From positions 1-16,534 of the forward strand of contig CAZUNO010000042.1 in assembly GCA_964621445.1 (NCBI GenBank): 16,534 nt of DNA, in the 5' to 3' direction. Below the pieces are notes generated by a model. That model saw only the letters and a list, made by a program, of their open reading frames with translations. It had not been told where the DNA came from and ran no database searches. Position 1 is the first letter of the stretch. Each line of letters starts with the position of its first letter. The DNA is from Candidatus Hadarchaeota archaeon (GTDB taxonomy: Archaea; CAYQAE01; CAYVLA01). The position numbers and the translations under genes are program-made. Shown here one piece after another: positions 1-8,015 of the stretch.

Positions 1-526
1 AACCGCTTATCTCTTCAGCCGCTCTGTTCCAGATGACGACCCTGCCGTCGGTATCCAGCACGTCCAGCCAGACGTTAGCGTTCTCGATAACCGTCTGGTG
101 GAACTCCGTCAACAGGGCGAGCTCTTCCCTATCCCTCTTGCCCTCAGTTATATCCCGCATGACCGCGAAGACGCCCTGAACCAATCCTCGCTCACCCCAC
201 CTCAGGGGGTGGTAAGATACGTCGAGCCAACGCTCACCTCTGTCCCCGTGGTTATACCGCATCTCCCACCGCACATCCTGGCCGTCGAGACAGCGGTCAA
301 CCCGAGACTTCAATACATCTCTGAAAACCTGGTCCCCCACGACATCTGAGACATGGCTCCCGACCACGTCACCTCTCTCCAACCCAAGATACTCAAGAAA
401 GCCCTCGTTTGCAAACCTGTAAACATAATTCCTATCAACGGCAGCCATTAAATCGTTAGAGCTCTCCATGGCCTTTCTGAACAGCTCGATATCACTGCCC
501 CAACCATCCAAAAATAATGCACCCAC
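1..526 (-). CDS. PAS-domain sensor protein, N-terminal part (runs off the left edge)
   Basis: Not in the ORF track because it has no stop in the window. Manual translation from GTG 526 (or TTG 511): ...ELFRKAMESSNDLMAAVDRNYVYRFANEGFLEYLGLERGDVVGSHVSDVVG...ERWLDVSYHPLRWGERGLVQGVFAVMRDITEGKR...VIENANVWLDVLDTDGRVVIWNRAAEEISG. This is one full PAS/PAC (RDITE) plus the start of a second PAS. TATA-like TTTAAG lies on - at 557-562. Start is uncertain. Confidence 0.88.
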   Translation of the reverse strand, partial: MGALFLDGWGSDIELFRKAMESSNDLMAAVDRNYVYRFANEGFLEYLGLERGDVVGSHVSDVVGDQVFRDVLKSRVDRCLDGQDVRWEMRYNHGDRGERWLDVSYHPLRWGERGLVQGVFAVMRDITEGKRDREELALLTEFHQTVIENANVWLDVLDTDGRVVIWNRAAEEISG

Positions 527-691
527 TACCCGAAATAAAGAACCACGTGACAAACCCTTAAAGACTACCCCATAAAAAACGGAAAAAACTACAAAAACCG
601 CAAAAAAATACCCGTGGACCTCCCATCCCTATGCATACCACAGGTTCGCAACGCCAAGGTTGTTTTGGAGAGGTTGAAGTTTGGGATGAAA

Positions 692-3334
692 CTACATGTC
701 GTTGATTTCCCTTGGCTTCCGAATTCCCGATGGCACCGTTTTTAAGTGGCGAGATATGTAGAAAAGTAATGCTATTGTTAGTGTCACTGTGGTGAGCGGG
801 GTCTCGTTGATCTCTGCTCTGGCATCGGCAATCATTTCCAGCACCTGTTGGCTCAGTCGCTTGCACTCGCTGTAGTGTCCTTTCTTTAGTTGGCGGTCCC
901 CGGCTTCCAGGTAGATTCTGGCTCTGCCAATATCTATACCTTCTTCCAGAGCTTTCTCGTACTGCGTCGCTGCCTTGTCCAGGAGAACGGTGCTTTCCTT
1001 CTCCCGGATTTTCCTGGTGGCGTTCCCAATTGTCCTGTTCAATCCGACGTAGTCTCCTTCCAGCAGGCATTGCTCTGCTGACTGGGCGAGATCCTTGAAG
1101 AGCGAGACATCGATGCCGATCATTTCGGCATCTTCTATGGCTAGGAGAAATTCGTTGAGCCTGTTCTCGGCCCATGGGTATCCCGGTATCTGCCAGCTGG
1201 TCCCGGCGTTATCATCCAGCGTCTGGGGAAAAAGAGCATGGTCCGAGAACTTGATGTCCATCCACCCGACCTCTGGGCTTGAATTTAGCGGAGCAAACCA
1301 AAGGTCCTCGTTCACTCTCTTCATCTCGTCAACGAAGAACCGGCTCAGCGCCAGGGTTCCGGGGCCTGCCAGGTCCTTGGGTGGTTTTTGCCAGCCATTT
1401 ATCCCCCAGACAAGGAAGCAATGGTTGGATTCAATTCCAATGGTACCCTCTGACGCATTGTAGTAGATAACGGTGGACCCACGATCCGGCAGCCCCCTGG
1501 GGATGTATACCGGGCCTACTTTGGCTAATTCCCTGCAGTGGATGGTTTCTTCCCGTTCGTTGTTCTCCTCGCGGAGTTCGTCCACCTCGTTAGCAGAATC
1601 AGCGGCAAGCTTCAACCGCCAGTCACCTCTTTGGGCCGTCCAGTTCATCTGAACTTCTTTAACCTCTCCTGGCTCCAAGCCCTGCACAACGGCAGTGTGT
1701 TCCAGACCAGCTCCTTTCAGCGCAAGGTCGACCTTGAAGGGCCCCGATGGGTCGTTGCCATGGTTGGTTAGGGCCGCCCGTAGCGTGGTTCTTTCCCCGG
1801 GTTGAACTGGCATTCCCTCACACCCGAGTTGGGTCACGGCGAGATCCGGCCTGGGTCTCGACACTATTGTCTGGATGGAGATCCGGTTGTTATTTTCTTT
1901 GAGACCTTCATCAACCTGGTTCGGGTCATCTACAATGACCTCTATATCCACCGCCCCCTCCCGAGCGGGAGTCCACTCCAATCCTATCGATGTTTCTTGC
2001 CCCGGTTCCAGGCCTTTGAGAGGTACCTCGGACCGGGGTGTTCCGTCTAGAAGGAACATCACGGTGAAATTCTTAGACTTTAACTGGCCGTTGTTCCTGA
2101 CTTGGGTGGATATCGTGCACTTCCCGCCTGGACGAGGATAGGAAGGGTCTGTCGAGAGAGATACGGCCTCCAGGTCCGGAAAAGGTTTCTTATTTAACTC
2201 AAACTCGTCGAATACCGTTCCGCTAGGGAGCTGGGCCTGGCAGTGCAGCATGCCTCCCTTAACGTCGAGCAGGGCGTAGTGGTGCTCGCTCAATGCGACC
2301 TGGGACCAGGACGGCCTTGGTGAGGTAACTGAGTGAAGGCCGGCTCCCCCTCCCGCCGTTGTAAGATGAATTGTGCCCAGATCGGCATCAACTACCTTGC
2401 CATCCCGAACCGGAAGTGTCCTCTCGTACATATGGTTGTGGCCGCAGAACACAACATCCACGTGGTGCCTGTTCAGCACGTTCTCCCAGGCACGCCTTAC
2501 CCCGAGATCCGATCCATGGTAACCCGAGCTGTACATTGGTCTATGGAAATAGACGAACTTCCAGGTGGCATTGGTCGAGGCCAGATCCTCCTTCAACCAA
2601 TCCAGCTGTGAACCGGTAAGCTGATACTCGGTTGTCAAAGCAACGAAATGCGCATTTCCATAGTCAAAAGAATACCACTGTTCATTCCCTGGTAAAGCAA
2701 ACTGCTCGAAGTACTCCGGGGCATTCTCATCATGATTCCCAATAGCAGGCATCAATACTTTGTGAGAAAGGAGCTCCCTGTGATCCTCGAACCAGCTGTC
2801 CCATTGGCTCTGTTCACGCCCCGTACTAACCAGGTCCCCGGTGTGAAGAACGAAACTAGCCTGGCTTTCCAGAATTGCCAGGCTTATTGACCTCCTCACC
2901 TGGTAACCCGACCTGTCATCACCCACCACCGCAAAACTGAACCGGTCTGCCGAACCAGAAGGAGCGGTGGTGAAATTAAGATCCTCACTCCAAGAACGAG
3001 GATGACCGCACCTGTAATGATAGAGTGTTGAGGGGCTAAGACCAAGAAGCTCGACCTCATGAACCTCCCCGGGGCTCCCTGAAGCAGTGAGCCCGTAAGA
3101 TCGGTCAACACCATACTCAACCACAGACGGCTCCACCGAATCGGTGCGCCATGCCACGGTGACCGACTGGGTAGGATCCGATTCCCAGCTCAAATGAACA
3201 TGCCTAGGCCGGGCCCAAGCGTTGGACGAAAGAAGAACCAGAAGCAACACCAGTAAGTTGCCCACCACCATCCACTGCTTGCCAGAGAACCTTGAGCCCC
3301 GTGGTATATTTGTCACGGAAAACCATGATCCCAA
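692..3334 (-). CDS. Secreted, C-terminally anchored purple-acid-phosphatase-like metallophosphoesterase with FN3-like, two CARDB and CBM-like domains
   Basis: Signal peptide (LLVLLLVLLSSNAWA), PAP N-terminal FN3-like domain (PRHVHLSW..VTVAWRT..VEYG..LSPSTLYHYRCG), MPP motifs GD, GDLV, GNHD, VYFH and GHNH, two CARDB repeats (PDL...VRNNG...VDE..ENNN), hydrophobic C-terminal segment followed by basic residues. A TATA-like TTTATTAA on - at 3338-3345 suggests the true start is GTG 3316 or ATG 3271. Confidence 0.9.
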   Translation of the reverse strand: MGSWFSVTNIPRGSRFSGKQWMVVGNLLVLLLVLLSSNAWARPRHVHLSWESDPTQSVTVAWRTDSVEPSVVEYGVDRSYGLTASGSPGEVHEVELLGLSPSTLYHYRCGHPRSWSEDLNFTTAPSGSADRFSFAVVGDDRSGYQVRRSISLAILESQASFVLHTGDLVSTGREQSQWDSWFEDHRELLSHKVLMPAIGNHDENAPEYFEQFALPGNEQWYSFDYGNAHFVALTTEYQLTGSQLDWLKEDLASTNATWKFVYFHRPMYSSGYHGSDLGVRRAWENVLNRHHVDVVFCGHNHMYERTLPVRDGKVVDADLGTIHLTTAGGGAGLHSVTSPRPSWSQVALSEHHYALLDVKGGMLHCQAQLPSGTVFDEFELNKKPFPDLEAVSLSTDPSYPRPGGKCTISTQVRNNGQLKSKNFTVMFLLDGTPRSEVPLKGLEPGQETSIGLEWTPAREGAVDIEVIVDDPNQVDEGLKENNNRISIQTIVSRPRPDLAVTQLGCEGMPVQPGERTTLRAALTNHGNDPSGPFKVDLALKGAGLEHTAVVQGLEPGEVKEVQMNWTAQRGDWRLKLAADSANEVDELREENNEREETIHCRELAKVGPVYIPRGLPDRGSTVIYYNASEGTIGIESNHCFLVWGINGWQKPPKDLAGPGTLALSRFFVDEMKRVNEDLWFAPLNSSPEVGWMDIKFSDHALFPQTLDDNAGTSWQIPGYPWAENRLNEFLLAIEDAEMIGIDVSLFKDLAQSAEQCLLEGDYVGLNRTIGNATRKIREKESTVLLDKAATQYEKALEEGIDIGRARIYLEAGDRQLKKGHYSECKRLSQQVLEMIADARAEINETPLTTVTLTIALLFYISRHLKTVPSGIRKPREINDM

Positions 3335-3793
3335 TCCTTAATAAATTCTCAATTATTCTCCGCGATTTTCAGGCCAGAATATGGGGTTATCTCTCAAGGG
3401 AGGAAGCAAACGGAAAATCACATGACAGCGCTGAGGGTGGGAAAGGATTCAGAGTAAAAGCGGCATATAGCCCCTTTAATTTGCAGTTAACATTTTTGGA
3501 TTAACCACGCTTATTCAGTGAAAAAGTTCGCCTCAACTGAGGGCTGATTCAGGAAGAGGAATTTTCAAAAAGTACTTCCCTCTTTGGATCCCTCTATTTC
3601 TTTACCAACCGAACAGGTAACAATCTTGGCTAATAATGTTAGCAATTGAATGTTCGCCGGTTGAAACTTGTGATAGCTGTGGGTCATAGAGAGGTTGAAA
3701 CTAGTATGGTTGTACTGGAACCCTGGATGGCATGCCGCAGATGAGATGTGAAGAGATTTATCATGTCACATGCTGTTTTTCGTGGACGCCGCC

Positions 3794-3957
3794 CCGGCGG
3801 GGTCTTCCTCATGGAGTCCCTCCCGACCAGGGAGAAGAGGGCTAGGGACCGGAAAACCTTTAAGGCCAGAGGCACCACCAGAAACGGTGACCCCACCGGC
3901 AGCATTTCATATGGCTTGTCAACAAAATTTTCTGGTATGTTCGCTGCCGGTGTCGTC
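3794..3957. other. GC-rich structured intergenic element (candidate ncRNA, leader or mobile-element remnant)
   Basis: Nested complementary segments 3794-3804/3889-3899, 3807-3814/3866-3872 and 3816-3821/3844-3849, plus a competing perfect 10-bp pair 3894-3903/3943-3952. No recognised RNA family. Confidence 0.45.
3849..3864 (+). promoter_or_regulatory. BRE/TATA-like promoter upstream of the flavoprotein gene
   Basis: CCGGAAAACCTTTAAG is a purine-rich BRE followed by a TTTAA box, about 160 nt upstream of ATG 4021. Confidence 0.45.
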
Positions 3958-4020
3958 GATCATGTCGGACGGAGTAAAGGAAGGGAGGATGAAACAGCTT
4001 AAGGAGAGGTAAAAAAGGCT

Positions 4021-4557
4021 ATGGATTGTCTCTATATCTCGGGAAGTCCTAGAAAAGGTAGTAATACGGACTATTTGTTGAATATCGTCAAAGATCAAAC
4101 CGATGGAGATTTCATCAAGCTTTCGGACTTCTCGTTTCAACCATGCCAGTCATGCTGGAGCTGCAGGGGTAAAGATAGATGCGTTATTGCCGACGATATG
4201 ACGGAAAAGGTACTTCCACGAGTTTTGGACAGCAAGGCGGTTGTCATTGGTAGCCCCGTCTATTTTAACAACGTCACCGCCCACCTGAAGGCCTTTATGG
4301 ATAGAACTTGGTCGATAAAGGGCCAGTTGAGAAACAAGATCGGTGGAGCCGTCGTGGTGGGGCGCAAGTACGGGGCGGAAGGTGCTATAACTGCCATCAA
4401 TGCATTCTTTCTAAAACATGAAATGGTTCCGGCCAACAGAGGCGTCCACGGAATCGCGTTCGAGGAAAATGAAATCGCTCAGGACGAGGAAGCCATTGAA
4501 GCCTCAAAGAGGCTGGGGAAAAGGATCAAGAAACTTGCTGAACTACTGGAGGAATAA
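4021..4557 (+). CDS. Iron-sulfur flavoprotein / flavodoxin-like NADPH-dependent FMN reductase family protein
   Basis: ISGSPRKGSNT FMN loop, compact Cys motif CQSCWSC-x5-C, GSPVYF and LKAFMDR motifs; upstream RBS AGGAGAGG. Confidence 0.92.
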   Translation: MDCLYISGSPRKGSNTDYLLNIVKDQTDGDFIKLSDFSFQPCQSCWSCRGKDRCVIADDMTEKVLPRVLDSKAVVIGSPVYFNNVTAHLKAFMDRTWSIKGQLRNKIGGAVVVGRKYGAEGAITAINAFFLKHEMVPANRGVHGIAFEENEIAQDEEAIEASKRLGKRIKKLAELLEE

Positions 4558-4929
4558 CACAGGGGTTAGCTTGGTATCCACAGCTACACTGGAAAAACAC
4601 ACCTCCAGTGGTATGTCTTCAGAGAGTAAATAGAGTGTCTAACTTCCTCCATGGAAATGAAAGTGCTTTCTGCCCCTTTAGGGTTGGTAACACTCATTTT
4701 CAGGACCGTGATAACCTTCACCACTAAAGGTAGGTTATGTGATAGCTGTGGTGACTATTTTCATCTCCTGTTCTACCAAGATTTGTGGCAAAATATGCTA
4801 TAAGGTTTTCTCTCTTTAGCCGTTAGGGTGATCATGTCGTTTTTCTGATGATTGCTTTGTTATTGATTTGGTCTATTTATTGCCTTCATTGGTTGAGGTT
4901 GGGCGTATTTTTGGCGGTTGGTTTGGATT

Positions 4930-5405
4930 CTGGGTTTGTCGTAGGAGGGGTTTTGGTATTGTTGGTTGGTGATGTTTTTTAGCGCTGTTTCAGCTTCTCT
5001 TTTTTTCTCTTCTCTGTCTCGTGGTGGTGGGTGCCTGTCTACGAATTGGACCAGCTCTCTGTACATGTTGTGTAGGACTTGTGCTAGGGGTGCTCCTTCT
5101 TCTGTGTCGGCAAGCTCATCTACCTCTCTTAGCAGGTGGCTCCGGCATCTTTGGAGGTCGGAGCCAGGGGGGTCATGGCGGTGTAGGCGGGGGTGCGATC
5201 TCCACCCGTCGCTGACGATGACTCCGTTGAACTTTTTGCCCAGCACTGTGGCGGGGACTTTCTTCCCGCGGGTGTGGCGGACTGTGTATAGCACGGCGTT
5301 ACGGGTTTCGAAGGTCCACACCTAGCCCTGCTCGGTTAAGGCTGACCCCTGTCTCGTCAGCGTACACCACGTCGGTTTCCCTTACCTGGCGATGGATATC
5401 CTTTG
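4930..5405 (-). pseudogene. IS66-family transposase internal fragment (frameshift plus nonsense codon)
   Basis: IHRQVRETDVVYADETG in one frame, then WTFETRNAVLYTVRHTRGKKVP..LGKKFNGVIVSDGW..LQRCRSHLLRE in another. The frameshift and an in-frame TAG lie near 5322-5335. Both termini are missing and boundaries are approximate. Confidence 0.88.
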
Positions 5406-5500
5406 ATATGATGTGCTTCACCATCTTTAACCTAACCAGGGCCCTGGCTTTTTTTGTAGCAGTCTTTGGGCCGGTTGTAATAATTCCAAATTTTAGGGTT

Positions 5501-5589
5501 AAAAGCCGCAAGTATTTTTAAGTAAAGCTGTAAATTCTTTGGGTAACGAACAAAGAGTTCGTTATTTGTATACAATGTTTAGGAGGTGA
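5501..5589 (+). promoter_or_regulatory. gvpA promoter region with TATA-like box, inverted repeats and RBS
   Basis: TTTTTAAG at 5515-5522; TAACGAAC-N5-GTTCGTTA at 5544-5564; palindrome TTGTATACAA at 5566-5575; RBS GGAGGTGA at 5582-5589. Confidence 0.55.
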
Positions 5590-5597
5590 AAAGACGC

Positions 5598-5816
5598 ATG
5601 GTAAGTCAGCAACCGGATGTTTCTAGTTTGGCGGAAGTCCTGGACAGGGTTCTGGACAAGGGCGTTGTTATCGATGCTTGGGTCAGGGTCAACCTGGTGG
5701 GCATTGAGATCCTGAGTGTGGAAGCCAGAGTGGTGGTAGCTTCAGTCGATACCTATCTCCACTACGCGGAAGAAATGGCTAAGATAGAACAGGCAACCAT
5801 AAGTGCCCCCGCATAG
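5598..5816 (+). CDS. gvpA: Major gas vesicle shell protein GvpA
   Basis: [59 protein letters not shown] is canonical archaeal-type GvpA. ATG 5598 is correctly spaced from the RBS; the track's GTG 5586 lies inside the RBS. Confidence 0.98.
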   Translation: MVSQQPDVSSLAEVLDRVLDKGVVIDAWVRVNLVGIEILSVEARVVVASVDTYLHYAEEMAKIEQATISAPA

Positions 5817-5837
5817 AGTAAAATGGATAGCGTTGGC

Positions 5838-5867
5838 GAGGAACTGTATGATGGTTCCTCTTTTTTT
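5838..5867 (+). terminator. Hairpin plus T7 tract downstream of gvpA
   Basis: GAGGAAC(tgt atg atg)GTTCCTC immediately followed by TTTTTTT. Confidence 0.75.
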
Positions 5868-6038
5868 GTGAAATTGATTCTGGTTGAGGCCATTGCGTCT
5901 TTGAGAGGAGGTTGTCTATGCATATATCGAAATTCGTTACGTACGGCGTATCCGGGTTCGAATTACACGCAACTAAAGGTCAGGTAATGTTGGGGAGAAC
6001 GAAAATGCAGGAATTTCGTAAGAAGGAGATGAATTGAT

Positions 6039-6995
6039 TTGGCAAGCAGTCAAACAAAACAGCCCGTACAGAGAGTTGTCGAGGAAGAAGACCATAAACC
6101 TGAAGATATGGATAATGTCCAACCCAAACATCTTATCCCTAGACGCCCACTGTTCGTGGAGACGGATGAAGTAAAGAATCTGAAGGATAGGGCCATACAC
6201 TGGATCTCGGTTGGCAGTCCAATACATATCATCGGGCCCACCGGATGCGGCAAGACCACGATGGCCATGGAAATCGCATACGAACTGGAGGCGCCGGTAA
6301 CTTGGATAAACGGCGATGACCAGATAACCACCGAGGACCTGGTCGGCGGGTATAAGGAGTTCGAACAACAGACCTACAGAGATAGATTTGTGCATAATGT
6401 TTTTCGTGGAAAGGACAAACTTCAGGCAACCTGGGTCGATAATCCGCTAACCATAGCATGCAAAAACGGCTACACCTTCGTATACAATGAGTTTTCACGT
6501 ACAAAGCCGGAGGCCAACAATGTCCTCCTTTCCGTCTTGGAGGAAGGAATTCTGGAACTTCCGAACATGTCTGGGAATGAGAGGTACATCGAGGTCCACC
6601 CTGAATTCAATGCAATCCTCACCAGCAACTCAGTTGAGTATGCGGGGATTCATCGGGCGCAAGACGCCCTTCTAGATCGCATTGTCGGGTTGTATATGGA
6701 TTATTATGGGCCTGAAACGGAGCTGAAGATAGTCACAGCACACACGGATCTGCCTATGGAGAATGTAAAGGAATTGGTGAGGATTATCAGGGGCTTGAGA
6801 AGCCAGCTTGATCCAGCCGAAAGACCTGGCACCAGGGCCTGTGTTATGGTAGCAAAATCCGTTGAGGAATTCGAAGAGGTAGATGACCAGCTTCTGAAGC
6901 AACTCATACTTGACGTGCTGACCTCAAAGACAAAGGGTATAGAAGATATGAGGAAGAAGGAGAAGATTCTCTCCAATCTTGTCAATAAAGACTAA
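6039..6995 (+). CDS. gvpN: Gas vesicle AAA+ ATPase GvpN
   Basis: Walker A GPTGCGKT, DLVGGY, WVDNPLTIAC, YNEFSRTKPEANNVLLSVLEEG and TSNSVEYAGIHRAQDALLDR motifs. TTG start; ATG 6108 is an alternative. Confidence 0.96.
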   Translation: MASSQTKQPVQRVVEEEDHKPEDMDNVQPKHLIPRRPLFVETDEVKNLKDRAIHWISVGSPIHIIGPTGCGKTTMAMEIAYELEAPVTWINGDDQITTEDLVGGYKEFEQQTYRDRFVHNVFRGKDKLQATWVDNPLTIACKNGYTFVYNEFSRTKPEANNVLLSVLEEGILELPNMSGNERYIEVHPEFNAILTSNSVEYAGIHRAQDALLDRIVGLYMDYYGPETELKIVTAHTDLPMENVKELVRIIRGLRSQLDPAERPGTRACVMVAKSVEEFEEVDDQLLKQLILDVLTSKTKGIEDMRKKEKILSNLVNKD

Positions 6996-7013
6996 ATGAG
7001 GTGAGTAAAGGAC

Positions 7014-7370
7014 ATGGCAGGAAACGACAATGTTGTGGAAAGGAAGTATGGATCCTCTGGGGTGGATACGCACCTGGCTGATGAAGATACCGCAGCCCTC
7101 CCCCTGGAAGAGATCGGAGCGAAGGCATTAGCCATATTGGATAGCCTCCTCGGCGGTAAGAAAGAGGCAGACGATGTCATCGCTGTGCGAAGGGAAGATG
7201 ATGAATGGGTGGCCACCGTGGAGAGCATAGAGAGGAGAGCGGTTCCCGATACCCAGGACATCATGGGTGAATACGAGGTCCGGATGGATTTGCAAGGACA
7301 ACTTCTGGACTACAAGCGGATTGGTCTTCGTAGAAGGTGTGAGCTGCAATACCAAGGGGATTTTGAATAA
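7014..7370 (+). CDS. gvpO: Gas vesicle protein GvpO
   Basis: WVATVESIERRAVPDTQDIMGEYEVRMDLQGQLLDYKR GvpO signature; follows gvpN. Confidence 0.92.
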   Translation: MAGNDNVVERKYGSSGVDTHLADEDTAALPLEEIGAKALAILDSLLGGKKEADDVIAVRREDDEWVATVESIERRAVPDTQDIMGEYEVRMDLQGQLLDYKRIGLRRRCELQYQGDFE

Positions 7371-7381
7371 ATAACTAGCAG

Positions 7382-7909
7382 GTGACCAAGGAGAAGGTCG
7401 TTGAATTGAATAGCTATAGCAACTGCCAGCAGGAAGAAGGTAAGGCCATGCAGGCCAGGGCAAAGGCGCGCCAAAGAGAAGTTAGGAAAAGGCACCAACA
7501 AAAGGCGAAAACCATAAACCGGAGATTGAGGAATACCAACCGTAAGCTTACCCATAATAAAGAATTCCATGAGAATGTTCGGGCAGCAAGAAAAAAACAG
7601 AGAGAAGCAAGAGAAAGGCATCTGATGAAAACGAGGGCCATAAAGCAGAAACTGGACGTTATACACCGGCGACAAAAGCTTCGGAAGCTTGGACAGATTA
7701 CCAATAAATCCAAAAGCAGTAATTCTACCGAGCAAAACTTTCCTGAGGAGAGAGTTAAGCGGAGAACCTTTGCAGGGTTCAGGAATAGGGATCTATCCTG
7801 GCTTAGCTTGCGTGGGAAAGGTCGGAAGGCACATCCTATATCGCATAGAAGGTCACAGTCTGTTGTGAACAAGACGAAAAATACCGGAGGAAAATCAGAT
7901 GACGAATAA
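7382..7909 (+). CDS. Highly basic R/K/Q-rich helical protein, possibly GvpI-like
   Basis: Fills the operon gap; KAMQARAKARQREVRKRHQQKAK recalls the basic N-terminus of haloarchaeal GvpI. Low complexity makes homology uncertain, and the start is uncertain (7382, 7406 or 7448). Confidence 0.65.
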   Translation: MTKEKVVELNSYSNCQQEEGKAMQARAKARQREVRKRHQQKAKTINRRLRNTNRKLTHNKEFHENVRAARKKQREARERHLMKTRAIKQKLDVIHRRQKLRKLGQITNKSKSSNSTEQNFPEERVKRRTFAGFRNRDLSWLSLRGKGRKAHPISHRRSQSVVNKTKNTGGKSDDE

Positions 7910-8015
7910 TATGAAGCTGAAAATACTTAGTGCCAAATGGTGGCTCCCAGCTTCAATAGGATTCAGGAGTCCATCTATACGGCGGGAAAACCCTGGAGGT
8001 TCTGGGGATGACTGA
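7899..8015 (+). CDS. Small 38-aa ORF bridging the basic protein gene and cdc48
   Basis: RBS GGAGGA at 7886-7891, ATG 7899, [38 protein letters not shown], overlapping both neighbours. Confidence 0.4.
   Translation: MTNNMKLKILSAKWWLPASIGFRSPSIRRENPGGSGDD

Noticed and set aside
98-3120. Short + strand ORFs and alternate-frame - strand ORFs in the track (e.g. 98-349, 558-1175, 1095-1463)
   Set aside because: They are shadows of the PAS and phosphoesterase genes with no recognisable motifs.
3796-3838. FMN riboswitch fragments (GGCGGGGT, TCCCGACC, GGGAGAAG) upstream of an FMN-binding protein gene
   Set aside because: The central conserved RFN stems and correct spacing are missing; probably chance matches in GC-rich DNA.
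3783-3900. tRNA or tRNA-Sec (the - strand begins GCCGG and ends CCA)
   Set aside because: No T-loop TTCRA, no D-loop consensus and no 7-nt anticodon loop; the cloverleaf does not fit.
3684-4140. Four overlapping 73-84 aa ORFs upstream of the flavoprotein gene
   Set aside because: No motifs; better explained by stop-poor, GC-rich structured DNA.
4860-5321. Intact 153-aa transposase
   Set aside because: Only an internal fragment; the ADET motif is in another frame and the C-terminal catalytic part is missing.
5817-6038. gvpC at its usual position between gvpA and gvpN
   Set aside because: The gap is only 220 nt, contains a terminator and has no repeat-containing ORF.
6478-6500. GvpN Walker B reads YNEF rather than hhhhDE, suggesting an inactive ATPase
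   Set aside because: As I recall, YNEF also occurs in haloarchaeal GvpN, so it is not evidence of inactivation.
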